A stretch of DNA of 64,000 bases, from IMG/VR virus record IMGVR_UViG_3300037137_001341, positions 32,001-96,000 of that record; one strand, given 5' to 3'. Origin of the DNA: a virus. The notes under the pieces were generated by a model that saw only the letters and a program-made list of their open reading frames with translations, did not search any database and was not told the origin of the DNA. Of this stretch, positions 1 to 8,506 are shown one piece after another (within the stretch, counting starts at the first letter, position 1; each line of letters opens with the position of its first letter). Both the position numbers and the translations under genes were made by a program.

Positions 1-29
1 GCCTGACTTCAGGCGTCCTCGGATCCAGG

Positions 30-257
30 TCACAGGCACAGCGAGCCCCCCGAGACGGTGAACCCGTCCTCGCGGAGCCCGTCGATGATCGGTGCGACGT
101 ACCGGGGCTCGCAGGCGAGCGCCTCGCCCAAGTACTGCCAGGGCTCGGGGGCGCAGTGCTCGGTGATCCAGTCGCCCGCCTCGGCAGTCATGGGTCGCAG
201 GAGCGCGACGCTCCCGTGGTACTCGACCACCACGTCGGTCATGTGTGCTTGGTTCAT
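30..257 (-). CDS. Small hypothetical phage-type protein
   Basis: ORF 30..350 trimmed to ATG 257 (alternative 242) after AAAGGA; protein-like sequence. Confidence 0.7.
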   Translation of the reverse strand: MNQAHMTDVVVEYHGSVALLRPMTAEAGDWITEHCAPEPWQYLGEALACEPRYVAPIIDGLREDGFTVSGGSLCL

Positions 258-298
258 GCTCGGGGTCCTTTCGTTCGTCGTGAAGCTCGTCGTGTCGC

Positions 299-1174
299 TC
301 AGTCCAGGTCGAAGGCGTCGGTACCCGTGGCTTGCCAGGTGCCCTGCCACGTGCCGTAGGGATATGCGCGCGGGCCCGCAGAGAGCGCGGCGAGCCCCTC
401 GGCGACCATGTCCGCGACGTGACCGATTATTCTCTCCTGTCGGTACGCATCGGCCAGCAGGCTTCCTCGGTCGTTCCGCCAGTCGTACCCCTGATCATCG
501 CTCCGCACCCCGATGACAACCCAGGTCGTGCCGGTGGCGTCAGCGATCACCGTCCCGACAAGAAGCTCGCCCGGTGCCGGTTCACGCCATACCGGTGCCG
601 TGGCAGCAGCAGCCTCCTCGGCGGCGGCAATCGCTGCCTTCGCGGCGAACGAGACGAGCGTCCCGGCGAACGCCTGGGCCTCTGCAGCATGTAACTCAGC
701 GTGCGTCACGCACGAACGATCCCAGCACTCCTCCTCGACGTAGGGGCACGGATCGGGCTCGGGCGGGCAGAGCGCCCGCAGTCCGGCCTCGATCTTCTCC
801 GCAACGTCCACCGTTTCGTGCGCCTCCAGCACCTCGGCGAGCGTGAGCTTGCCCAGCGTCACGAGGTGATCGAGCAGCGCCTGGCAATCGTACGGCGCCA
901 CGACATGTGACGGCAGCGACGGCGCCCAGGGCTCCAGGTGCGGCTGGATCGCCGCGATGACCCGCTGCAGGTGATTCGACGTGAGCAGCTTCGCGCCGTA
1001 CCGCCGATAGCCCGCGTCACATGTCCAGATCCCACCAGCGATCGTAAAGAACGTCCCCTCGCTCCAGCTGGAGTGACGCTGCCAGCCGCTGCGGCGGCGC
1101 GAGATCGCGCTCTTCGGCAGCGGGCTCTCGACGCGACAGGTCAGCCGGTACTTGCCATCGGGTAGCTTGCTCAC
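299..1174 (-). CDS. Hypothetical protein; C-terminal domain paralogous to 9957..10271
   Basis: GTG start overlaps upstream stop (GTGA); ERIIGHVADMVAEGL motif; ends DAFDLD. Confidence 0.7.
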   Translation of the reverse strand: MSKLPDGKYRLTCRVESPLPKSAISRRRSGWQRHSSWSEGTFFTIAGGIWTCDAGYRRYGAKLLTSNHLQRVIAAIQPHLEPWAPSLPSHVVAPYDCQALLDHLVTLGKLTLAEVLEAHETVDVAEKIEAGLRALCPPEPDPCPYVEEECWDRSCVTHAELHAAEAQAFAGTLVSFAAKAAIAAAEEAAAATAPVWREPAPGELLVGTVIADATGTTWVVIGVRSDDQGYDWRNDRGSLLADAYRQERIIGHVADMVAEGLAALSAGPRAYPYGTWQGTWQATGTDAFDLD

Positions 1175-1848
1175 GGGACATTCCCTTCCCACGCGGCGAG
1201 CGCCGCGTGCTGTTCGTCGGTGACCGGGTACCAGGCCCGGCTCCGGGGCTCGATGAGCGCCGGCTCGAACTCCTCGTCGTGACACAGATCATCCCACGCC
1301 GAGAGCATGTACGTCACGTCCCCGGCGAGCTTGTCCGTGATGCGCCAGACGACCATGTCGGGGAGCACCGCGTAGGCGCCCTCGCACATTTGGCCAGCGC
1401 GCCCCGGCGGGGTGCTGAAGTCGGGGGCATGTGCCGACAGGTCGGCGGGGAGCACGGGTGGTGGCGCGAGCGGCGGGGTCGCGGCGAGCAGTCGCTCTGC
1501 GAACGCCTCGGCCGCAGGTCCCCCCGCCTTCGCGATGGCCCGCAGGTCCGTCTCGAAGTCCACGGCCGCGGGCGCGGCGTCCGCGGCGGGCTCCGAAGGC
1601 TTGTCGCTGCGCGGCAAGACGGCTGCGCCGAAGAGCGCGCCGCACTCGCCTCGGCACACGTACCGGCCCTCCTCGCCGCCGATGGTGCCGTTGTGGCAAT
1701 TCGGGCACTCGTCGCCCTCGTACACAAGCTCGGGCTCCGCGACGGAAGCCCGCACCTCGGCGACCTCGGCCTGCAGCTGCGCCTCGGCAGCGTCGACCGG
1801 CTTGCGCTTGCTGACGCGCTTCGCCTTGCGCCTGATCTTCTTTGTCAC
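1171..1848 (-). CDS. Hypothetical protein with Zn ribbon
   Basis: CPNC..CRGECG; basic N-terminus; coupled to neighbours. Confidence 0.7.
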   Translation of the reverse strand: MTKKIRRKAKRVSKRKPVDAAEAQLQAEVAEVRASVAEPELVYEGDECPNCHNGTIGGEEGRYVCRGECGALFGAAVLPRSDKPSEPAADAAPAAVDFETDLRAIAKAGGPAAEAFAERLLAATPPLAPPPVLPADLSAHAPDFSTPPGRAGQMCEGAYAVLPDMVVWRITDKLAGDVTYMLSAWDDLCHDEEFEPALIEPRSRAWYPVTDEQHAALAAWEGNVP

Positions 1849-2024
1849 TGGATCTCCTCTTCGCTTCGCGGGTGAGTGGGGATCCCGCCGGGCCCATGTT
1901 GAGCGCTCAGCTTTTGCACCGCGTCGTGCAGCCGCGCGATCTTCGCGGCATCCTCCGCGCCGAACTTCTCCGTGGCGACCTCGATCACGAGGGCGCGCAG
2001 CCTGGCGGCTTGTTCCGGTGTCAT
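1845..2024 (-). CDS. Small hypothetical protein (alternative start 2138)
   Basis: GGAG RBS before ATG 2024, directly downstream of a conserved motif copy. Confidence 0.55.
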   Translation of the reverse strand: MTPEQAARLRALVIEVATEKFGAEDAAKIARLHDAVQKLSAQHGPGGIPTHPRSEEEIQ

Positions 2025-2040
2025 CGTGGTTTCTCCGTCG

Positions 2041-2061
2041 TACTTGAGCAGGAACGGGGGG
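2041..2061 (-). promoter_or_regulatory. Conserved upstream motif copy 1
   Basis: CCCCCCGTTCCTGCTCAAGTA on minus strand. Confidence 0.65.
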
Positions 2062-2137
2062 TCAGTTACTGGCCCCGCGTCCAACTCGGGACGAACGAAC
2101 GCCAGCAGCCTGAGCGGCTCCGTGGCTTGAGCGTCCA

Positions 2138-2461
2138 TCAGTCCACCTTCCACATGGCCCGGTACTCGGCGACCGTGCCGGTCCAGGTACATGCCGGCGA
2201 TACCGGCGACGAGTGCCCACGTACGAGCACGTAGTCGTTGCGGGCGTCGTAGCGCACAAGGATCCCGTGGTGCTTCGGGAAGTACCCGGACTGCGGGTCG
2301 CACTCGACGCTCTTCAGGCATGTGCCGGGGCAGTCGAGCAGCACGTCGGGGTCGTTGCGCTTGTGCGCCTCGGCGACGCGCTTCGGGTCGGGGCCGCCGA
2401 TGGGCGTGTTCATGCACGCCTCGGTGAACGCTTTGGGGTCGTCGTTGCGCTGCATGATCAT
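2138..2461 (-). CDS. Hypothetical protein
   Basis: GGAGGACACATG start; ATGA coupling. Confidence 0.7.
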   Translation of the reverse strand: MIMQRNDDPKAFTEACMNTPIGGPDPKRVAEAHKRNDPDVLLDCPGTCLKSVECDPQSGYFPKHHGILVRYDARNDYVLVRGHSSPVSPACTWTGTVAEYRAMWKVD

Positions 2462-2724
2462 GTGTCCTCCGTTGGTGGCCTCGGCATCGGTCGCCAGTAC
2501 AGGCGAGCGTTCTCGGGGATGTCGCCGTCCACGGCGGGGCCGCGGTACGTGAGCGCCGCGTACTGGCCACGGCGCGGCATGTACGCGAGCACCTCTTCGC
2601 CGATGGGCGGCTTGCGCTTCGGTGCGAGGTGCCAGCCGTCGTTCGTGAACACGCGCACAAGCCACGGGATGACGATGGAGCCGAACAGGGAGCCCATCAG
2701 GAAGTCGAAGCCGTGCGCGTTCAT
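2458..2724 (-). CDS. DUF551-like protein with N-terminal TM helix
   Basis: C-terminal YWRPMPRPP resembles the DUF551 signature. Confidence 0.55.
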   Translation of the reverse strand: MNAHGFDFLMGSLFGSIVIPWLVRVFTNDGWHLAPKRKPPIGEEVLAYMPRRGQYAALTYRGPAVDGDIPENARLYWRPMPRPPTEDT

Positions 2725-2924
2725 GGCTGCCCCCTGCTGAGAGCCGCCTTGCGAAGCTCCGCGTCCTCGTCGGCACATTCCTCCGTGTCGAACGCGAACG
2801 CGCCGTGCTCCGCGTCGAAGGCGTCGGCCTCGGCATGTGCCCGGTCGAGCGCCTCGCACTCTCGGAGGATGCGCTCCTTCTGCTCGGCTCGGCGGATCTC
2901 GGCGATGATGGATGCTGCGATCAT
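2721..2924 (-). CDS. Small acidic hypothetical protein
   Basis: GGAGAACACATG start; ATGA coupling. Confidence 0.65.
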   Translation of the reverse strand: MIAASIIAEIRRAEQKERILRECEALDRAHAEADAFDAEHGAFAFDTEECADEDAELRKAALSRGQP

Positions 2925-3106
2925 GTGTTCTCCTCGACGGGCTCGACCCACTCGATCGGAACCCAGAGCTTCGCTACCACCCAGAATCCGTGGTCGACCT
3001 TCTCGACGGGCTGGTCGTCCATGACGCGCACGTCCTCGTGCCGGCTCGCCTCGCCGTAAGCCTCCTGCGCGATGTAGCGCACCGTCTCAGACTCCTTCTC
3101 GGTCAT
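2921..3106 (-). CDS. Small hypothetical protein
   Basis: GGAGGACACATG start; coupling on both sides. Confidence 0.7.
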   Translation of the reverse strand: MTEKESETVRYIAQEAYGEASRHEDVRVMDDQPVEKVDHGFWVVAKLWVPIEWVEPVEENT

Positions 3107-3321
3107 GTGTCCTCCGCATCTTCGTCCGGCGTCGCGAGTAGCTCGTCGTGCTCCTGGTACATCGTGTCCCAGACCTCGCCATCGCGAACCAGATCCTCGA
3201 TGATCCCTTCGGCCGACACGGTGACATGACGCTCGAAACCGTTGCGGGATGCGACGATCACCTTCACGTCGTTGAGCGCGGCTCCGCCCTCGACGCCATC
3301 GATCAGTACTTTCAGCGTCAT
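3103..3321 (-). CDS. Small hypothetical protein
   Basis: GGAGGACACATG start at 3321. Confidence 0.7.
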   Translation of the reverse strand: MTLKVLIDGVEGGAALNDVKVIVASRNGFERHVTVSAEGIIEDLVRDGEVWDTMYQEHDELLATPDEDAEDT

Positions 3322-3506
3322 GTGTCCTCCGTGGTGTCGTCGCTGTAGAGCGTGTCTTCGTGCTCCAGACTGCTGCGAAGGCAGTCCGAGTGATCGAGCG
3401 GAAGCAGGGCGCGCTCGTCGAGCTTGACCTCGACCGCCTCCTCGGCGGCGTCCTCGTCGGGAGCTTCCACCGTGACGTACAGGCTGTACTTGAACGTGAA
3501 CTTCAT
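3318..3506 (-). CDS. Small acidic hypothetical protein
   Basis: GGAGG RBS; ATGA coupling. Confidence 0.65.
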   Translation of the reverse strand: MKFTFKYSLYVTVEAPDEDAAEEAVEVKLDERALLPLDHSDCLRSSLEHEDTLYSDDTTEDT

Positions 3507-3781
3507 GGACAGGCTTCCTCCGTGGTGAACGTGTACTCACAGGCCGTAGCGCCGGGGTCGCCCGGCCACGAGACGTTGAAGCCGCGCTCGGTCTGACTGA
3601 CCGTCGCGCCCTTCAGGTTCAGGAACGTGTCGCGCCCCTCGGGCGTCGCGAACACGGCGGACGTGCCCTGCTTCCGCAGGAACGTGCGCTCGGCAACCTT
3701 GCCGTTGAACGGCCAGCGTACCGTGAGGCGCGTGCCCGGCGGGATGCGGAAGACGTCGGCTTGAGACTTGACGGTGGTCAT
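3503..3781 (-). CDS. Hypothetical beta-rich protein
   Basis: ORF in coupled operon; CACATG start. Confidence 0.65.
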   Translation of the reverse strand: MTTVKSQADVFRIPPGTRLTVRWPFNGKVAERTFLRKQGTSAVFATPEGRDTFLNLKGATVSQTERGFNVSWPGDPGATACEYTFTTEEACP

Positions 3782-3785
3782 GTGC

Positions 3786-4040
3786 TCACGCCTCTTTGTT
3801 CAGAAACAGCGGGGCCACGCGCCTGGCGTCGCGCACGGCTTCCGTCACGAGGGCGGCGAGCGCCCCCTCTGCCGTTTCCTCTGCCGTGCAGAAGGCTTCG
3901 AGCGCCTCGCGGGCGATGCGGTAGTCGCGGGACGTGCCGCAGCACCCCGCGTCGATCTCGCGGGCGACCTTGCGATCGTGCGCCGCGAGCAGCGGCGACA
4001 GGATGCTTTGGATGCGTTCGGTAAGGTGGGTCATGCTCAT
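3786..4040 (-). CDS. Hypothetical protein
   Basis: GGAGGACATG start downstream of motif copy 2. Confidence 0.65.
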   Translation of the reverse strand: MSMTHLTERIQSILSPLLAAHDRKVAREIDAGCCGTSRDYRIAREALEAFCTAEETAEGALAALVTEAVRDARRVAPLFLNKEA

Positions 4041-4051
4041 GTCCTCCGGTG

Positions 4052-4072
4052 TACGTGGTCAGGAATGGGGGG
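4052..4072 (-). promoter_or_regulatory. Conserved upstream motif copy 2
   Basis: CCCCCCATTCCTGACCACGTA, intergenic. Confidence 0.7.
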
Positions 4073-4306
4073 TCAGGGTGCGTCGCTCGCGCGGCACGCG
4101 GCGTACGCGGCGCGCAGGTCGGCGACCAGGCCCCGCGCCTCGACCAGCGGAATGTGTCCGCGGCGCGCGTCGAGGTAGAGATCCCGCGCGACGTTCCCGA
4201 GCCGCTCCGCGGTCGCGGTCGGATCGAACGTCGGGAGGTTCCGGTCGCGGTTGAACGCGGCGAGCGCGTCGCGTGCGGCGTCGATGGTCGGGTCGTTCGT
4301 GGTCAT
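4073..4306 (-). CDS. Hypothetical protein
   Basis: GGAGAACACATG start at 4306. Confidence 0.65.
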   Translation of the reverse strand: MTTNDPTIDAARDALAAFNRDRNLPTFDPTATAERLGNVARDLYLDARRGHIPLVEARGLVADLRAAYAACRASDAP

Positions 4307-4322
4307 GTGTTCTCCGTTGCGG

Positions 4323-4718
4323 TCAGTGGACAACGATCACGTCATCGAAGCTATCGAGCACGTCCCGCGCAGTGGCGGCGATCTCGGGGTACTCTCTCGC
4401 GTAGAATCCGTCCGCATAGTCGGGGTGATCGGTGTCCGTCACGAGCACCCACTCCGTCCGCGTGGCGACCGCGTCGACCTCTTCGATCAGACGGCGCAGC
4501 GCGGCGAAGTTTTCGCCACCGCAGAAGCCCGATTCGAGCGCGGCCTTTGTCAGACGCGCCAGCTGTTCGTCGGGTCGCGCGAGCACGCGCGCTACGTTGG
4601 AGTAGACGATCAGCCCGTCGCCGGGCTGGAAGGCCCGGCGGATCTTGCGGACCGCGCGCTCGATTCGATCGCCATGGAACATGCTGCCGGATGCGTCGAG
4701 AACGTAGAACGTGGACAT
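4323..4718 (-). CDS. Minimal vWA-domain protein
   Basis: N-terminal FYVLDASGSM (MIDAS DxSxS) and later LVTD. Confidence 0.7.
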   Translation of the reverse strand: MSTFYVLDASGSMFHGDRIERAVRKIRRAFQPGDGLIVYSNVARVLARPDEQLARLTKAALESGFCGGENFAALRRLIEEVDAVATRTEWVLVTDTDHPDYADGFYAREYPEIAATARDVLDSFDDVIVVH

Positions 4719-4752
4719 ATGCTGTGCTCCGTGTGTGACAGGTAGGGTCAGG

Positions 4753-4803
4753 TGGCCCGCCGCGCCGGGGTCGAACCGGCCGCGCCCCCGGACGGGGCGG
4801 CGG
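4753..4803 (-). ncRNA. tRNA-like mini element (acceptor stem + T-arm + CCA; no D or anticodon arm)
   Basis: CCGCCGC-16 nt-GCCGG TTCGACC CCGGC-GCGGCGG-G-CCA, intergenic. Confidence 0.45.
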
Positions 4804-4812
4804 GGCATGTGC

Positions 4813-4962
4813 TCAGCGGCTCAGGGCCCGCAGCGCGTCGAGCCCGCGGGCGATGCCCCGCGCGACCCGCTGCGCATCGCGCAGGCCAAACTCGTGAATC
4901 AGGGCCCGCAGCGTGTCGAAGTGCGCGCCGTCGTCGCTCGCGTCGATCTGGGTCGTGGTCAT
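4813..4962 (-). CDS. 49-aa ORF MTTTQIDASDDGAHFDTLRALIHEFG... (not in ORF track)
   Basis: GGGAG RBS, ATG 4962, TGA 4813; fills gap in operon. Confidence 0.55.
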   Translation of the reverse strand: MTTTQIDASDDGAHFDTLRALIHEFGLRDAQRVARGIARGLDALRALSR

Positions 4963-5039
4963 GTTCGTGATCTCCCGTCATATGCTGCAGGCGCTCGCCG
5001 ACCCGGACCATCCAGGCCGGCGGGCTCCCGCGTTCCGTC

Positions 5040-6116
5040 TCAGAGGGTGAAGGCGCTCAGGTCGATGGCCGGCGTCGCGGCGTCCGCGGCGGGCTCCGAA
5101 GCTGGCGCCTCGGGGTCGCGCTCCGCAGCGCCCAGCGTGGCGCCCTCGGCTTCGAGCCAGTCCGGGATCTCCAGATCCGCGGCCGACTGCGCCGCGGCAT
5201 AGGCCGCCGCAATCCCGCTGCAGATCCGCTCCAGGCGTGCCGCGTGGCCCGCCAACATGTCCCGCACGGGGCCCAGGCTGTTGAGCAGCGCGACCGATTC
5301 GGACCGGCGCCGCGCCAGCGTCGCGTACTTCGCCTTGCCGGCGATCTTCTCGCCCTTCAGCTTGGCGAGCAATTCCGCCGCCTGCTTCTCGGCGTCGTCG
5401 ATCACGGCGTCGGACATCGCCGTGGCATTGTCGCCGTGCTGCGTGACGTCCACCACGGACGCCCGGAGCCCGGTGCGCGTGGTCGGATCGTAGTACATGG
5501 CCCGGAGTTCCCGGAGACAGGCGACGACGCGCTCCGCGGTCGGGTCCCCGGCGCGCAGGACATATGACCCGCGGGCAATGAACCGGTAGGCGTGAGCCTC
5601 TTCGAGCACGACGGACAGGATCCGCGAGACGACGGCCGCGTCAGCGTGCGGGACAAGGCGCAAGGCCTGGCGGCGCAGCTGGTCAGCGAACGCCATGCAG
5701 GCGGGGTCCGCGGCGCCGCCAATCGGCGGGGCGACAAAGATCCCGGCGGGACACGAGAAGACCCGCGCGCCGGGCACCTTGGCCGCCTGCTCCGTGCCAG
5801 TCTGCACGCTGCGCTCTACCTGATAGGACGTGACGTGATCCCCGTCCTTGTGATCCAGTTCCGTGACCGAGAGCCCGTCGCGCCGGTTGGCGCCGACCCG
5901 GCCGACGACGAGCGAGAGCGCCCGCACCTCGTCCACGTCGCGCATGCGCTTCGCGGCCTTGCTCAGTCCGTGCCGCTCGAAGAGCGCCGCGAGATCCTCG
6001 CGGGGGGCGTCCGTGAACCCGGGGTACAAGACCCCGGTCTGGTAGGCGACGGTCGCGCCGCCCTTGGCAGCGTCGGCGACGAGCGCCTCGGCGGATTCGA
6101 TGGAACGTAGGGACAT
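5040..6116 (-). CDS. Hypothetical protein, possibly DUF3150/DUF6744-like
   Basis: 358 aa, helical C-half; size and context near a MoxR/vWA pair; family call is tentative. Confidence 0.6.
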   Translation of the reverse strand: MSLRSIESAEALVADAAKGGATVAYQTGVLYPGFTDAPREDLAALFERHGLSKAAKRMRDVDEVRALSLVVGRVGANRRDGLSVTELDHKDGDHVTSYQVERSVQTGTEQAAKVPGARVFSCPAGIFVAPPIGGAADPACMAFADQLRRQALRLVPHADAAVVSRILSVVLEEAHAYRFIARGSYVLRAGDPTAERVVACLRELRAMYYDPTTRTGLRASVVDVTQHGDNATAMSDAVIDDAEKQAAELLAKLKGEKIAGKAKYATLARRRSESVALLNSLGPVRDMLAGHAARLERICSGIAAAYAAAQSAADLEIPDWLEAEGATLGAAERDPEAPASEPAADAATPAIDLSAFTL

Positions 6117-6153
6117 GCTCGGGGGACCTTTCAGCGTGGGGATGGTTTCGTGG

Positions 6154-6174
6154 TACTTGACCGGGAACGGGGGG
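6154..6174 (-). promoter_or_regulatory. Conserved upstream motif copy 3
   Basis: CCCCCCGTTCCCGGTCAAGTA, intergenic. Confidence 0.7.
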
Positions 6175-6182
6175 GGCGGGGC

Positions 6183-6770
6183 TCAGAGCCCGACCGGGGC
6201 GGCGGCGTTACGCGGGGCGACGTAGGGGCCCGCGGCGCGGTACTCGTGCGCCAGCTTGGCGGGGCTCGCCGTGCGGCCGAGGCTGTAGTCTCCGGCGACC
6301 GGGGCGCCGTGGCCGGGGCGATTGCGCGCCGTGATCTGGGGACCGTTGCCGCTGCAGTCGGGGGCCGCCTTGACGGCGGGGGCCGTGATAGCCGGGCGCT
6401 CGCCCTCGCCGGTCAGGACCCACTCGCGCCAGGTGGCGCGCCGCACGACGGGGGAGGGAAGGACGGGCGCCCGCGAGGGGGCCGGGCTCGCGCTGCGCGC
6501 CGGGGGGGCCGCGGAGAGCGCCGCCGCGATGCGTGCTTCGAGATCCCGGAGGAGAGCCGGGCGCGCCGTGCGGGCGTCAAGGCCAGCGTCGCGAGCCAGG
6601 GCCACCGCGGCGCGGTCCGTGGGGGCGAGCACAATCAGGGTGCTCATTCCGCCGTCGCGGTCGGTTGCGACCTGGACGGTGTAGCCGTTGACGGCCTTGC
6701 CATCCTTCAGCGCACGGCGGACCGTGCTGCCCTGGCGGGCGGTGAGCTTGGGGGAGTGCGTGGGGTTCAT
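6183..6770 (-). CDS. Hypothetical protein, first gene of leftward unit
   Basis: ATG 4 nt after motif copy 4; starts MNPTHSP. Confidence 0.6.
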   Translation of the reverse strand: MNPTHSPKLTARQGSTVRRALKDGKAVNGYTVQVATDRDGGMSTLIVLAPTDRAAVALARDAGLDARTARPALLRDLEARIAAALSAAPPARSASPAPSRAPVLPSPVVRRATWREWVLTGEGERPAITAPAVKAAPDCSGNGPQITARNRPGHGAPVAGDYSLGRTASPAKLAHEYRAAGPYVAPRNAAAPVGL

Positions 6771-6774
6771 ACCT

Positions 6775-6794
6775 CACATGCCCAGGAATGGGGG
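6775..6794 (-). promoter_or_regulatory. Conserved upstream motif copy 4
   Basis: CCCCCATTCCTGGGCATGTG. Confidence 0.7.
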
Positions 6795-6814
6795 TCGGAC
6801 CCCGTGCGGAATCG

Positions 6815-6890
6815 ACCGTTATGATAAACTCAGAGAAGTATAACGATGGGGGGGTGCAGCCTTGTGATAAAAAACTTTATGTTAACGTAC
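6815..6890. other. AT-rich spacer between divergent units (candidate operator or origin)
   Basis: Strongly AT-rich; CGTTAT..ATAACG inverted repeat; TGATAAA twice. Confidence 0.45.
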
Positions 6891-6914
6891 GGGGTCTGGA
6901 GCCCCCGAGCCCAG

Positions 6915-6934
6915 CCCCCATTCCTGGTCATGTA
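6915..6934 (+). promoter_or_regulatory. Conserved upstream motif copy 5
   Basis: CCCCCATTCCTGGTCATGTA. Confidence 0.7.
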
Positions 6935-6938
6935 CGGC

Positions 6939-7157
6939 ATGAACCCCCGACCCTCCCCCGCCCCCCGCCGCAAGGTGCCGGCCCCCGTCGCGCAAGCGAC
7001 GCGGCCGAACCGACCCGAGACGCGCGCCTACGCCGTCGCCTTGGCAGCTGCCGACGCTGTAGATGACGCCCGCAAGGCGCTCGCCGCGGCTGAGCGCGCG
7101 TCAGCCCTCGCGTGGGCCGCGTACCACGCTACTGCCCCCCTATTCCTGGCCAAGTAG
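6939..7157 (+). CDS. Small Ala-rich protein, first gene of rightward unit
   Basis: ATG 4 nt after motif copy 5; starts MNPRPSP. Confidence 0.55.
   Translation: MNPRPSPAPRRKVPAPVAQATRPNRPETRAYAVALAAADAVDDARKALAAAERASALAWAAYHATAPLFLAK
7137..7156 (+). promoter_or_regulatory. Conserved upstream motif copy 6 (variant)
   Basis: CCCCTATTCCTGGCCAAGTA upstream of the AAA gene. Confidence 0.6.
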
Positions 7158-7199
7158 CCCGAACCACCCCGAACCGAACCACCGAAAGGATCACGCATC

Positions 7200-8396
7200 A
7201 TGGGAAGCCTCGCCACAATTCACGCCGCAACGGACGCGGCACCGGTCATTGACCTGGCCGACGTCCGGCGCCGCCTCACGGCGAACCGCACGGCGCTCGC
7301 CGGCCGGTTCTGGGAGCGCGCGGACATTCTGCAGGGCTTGGACGTCGCTGCAGTCGCCGCGGAACATGTGCTCATGGTTTCGCCGCCTGGCACGGCGAAG
7401 TCTGACCTTGCCCGCACGTGGGCCGCGCAATTCGCGGGCGTCTACCGGGAGGATCTGTTCACCCGGCAGAGCACGGAGGCGGACCACCTCGCGTACCTGG
7501 ACGTCGGCAAGTTCAGCACCCCACCGCACGTGTACGTCTACAAGACGGAGGGCAAGATCACGGAAGCACACTTCGCGTTCGCGGACGAGTGCTTCAAGGC
7601 CACGGGCGGCTTCCTGAACGCCCTCCTCGGGTGGCTCAATGAGCGCAGCGTGCGCGGCGGGCATGTGTCCCCCTTGATCACGTGCGTCGCCGCCAGCAAT
7701 GAGTTTGGCGAAGACGAAAGCGTGGCCGCGCTCGAAGATCGGTTGCTGATCCGGTACGAGGTGACGCCGATCGGGAAGCGAGCAAACCGGCTGGCCTTCC
7801 TCGCGGCCAGCGCCCAGCCCGCCGCGCCGCTCACATTGGAGCCGATCACGGTGGACGAGATCCGGGCGGCACATGTCGCGGCCCGGTCGCTGCCGGTCGA
7901 CGCCCTCGTCGTCGAGGCGGTAGCCGACGTCCAGGATGCGCTGAGGGGCGCCGGGGTCTATGTCTCGGACCGCCGGGCCCGCAAGTGTATCCGAATCCTG
8001 CAGGCCTATGCCTGGGTCACGGGGAGCGCGACGGTCGAGATCGACCACGTTGACTTCCTCCGGGATGTGCTCTGGCGCCGGCCGGAGGACAAGCCCGCGG
8101 TGCAGACTGCGCTCGGTGCCGTGAACCGGGGCATGATCGGCGAGATCAAGGTGATCGTCACCCGGCTCCTGGACATGTACCACGAGGCCAAGGGGCAGGC
8201 CGACTTTCCGAGCCGCGCCGCTCGCATCGCGGAGCAGCTGGATCTCGGCGGGCGCGAGATCAAGGCCAAGTACGGTGGCCGGATCCCGGACGCGGTGAAA
8301 GAGCGCGCCAAGGGCTACCTCGGCGAGCTTCGCAGTGCCTACGAGCACTGCAAGCAGGTGGACGCAAAGCTCCCCTACGCGGGGGGCGGCGTCTAA
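7200..8396 (+). CDS. MoxR/RavA-family AAA+ ATPase
   Basis: Walker A SPPGTAKS, Walker B FADECFK, AASNE, DRLLIR; adjacent vWA gene. Confidence 0.9.
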   Translation: MGSLATIHAATDAAPVIDLADVRRRLTANRTALAGRFWERADILQGLDVAAVAAEHVLMVSPPGTAKSDLARTWAAQFAGVYREDLFTRQSTEADHLAYLDVGKFSTPPHVYVYKTEGKITEAHFAFADECFKATGGFLNALLGWLNERSVRGGHVSPLITCVAASNEFGEDESVAALEDRLLIRYEVTPIGKRANRLAFLAASAQPAAPLTLEPITVDEIRAAHVAARSLPVDALVVEAVADVQDALRGAGVYVSDRRARKCIRILQAYAWVTGSATVEIDHVDFLRDVLWRRPEDKPAVQTALGAVNRGMIGEIKVIVTRLLDMYHEAKGQADFPSRAARIAEQLDLGGREIKAKYGGRIPDAVKERAKGYLGELRSAYEHCKQVDAKLPYAGGGV

Positions 8397-8404
8397 GAAT
8401 CTCC

Positions 8405-8484
8405 CCCGGCCACGGCGGCACCCAGCGGCCGTGGCCGGGCTACTCGGGTGACCGTGCCAACGGTACGATCTCCCGACTAGCCCG
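8405..8484 (+). other. Intergenic structured RNA (overlapping hairpins)
   Basis: CCCGGCCACGGC/GCCGTGGCCGGG 12-bp stem; GGGCTAcTCGGG/CCCGAcTAGCCC stem enclosing ACCGT/ACGGT. Confidence 0.5.
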
Positions 8485-8506
8485 CTGCAACCCAAACGGA
8501 GGACAC

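Noticed and set aside
1-14. GCCTGA-CT-TCAGGC hairpin as terminator
   Set aside because: At the window edge; a U-tract cannot be assessed
6775-6934. Sigma32 promoter (CCCCAT -10)
   Set aside because: Three copies have CCCCGT, there is no TTGAAA -35, and conservation extends downstream
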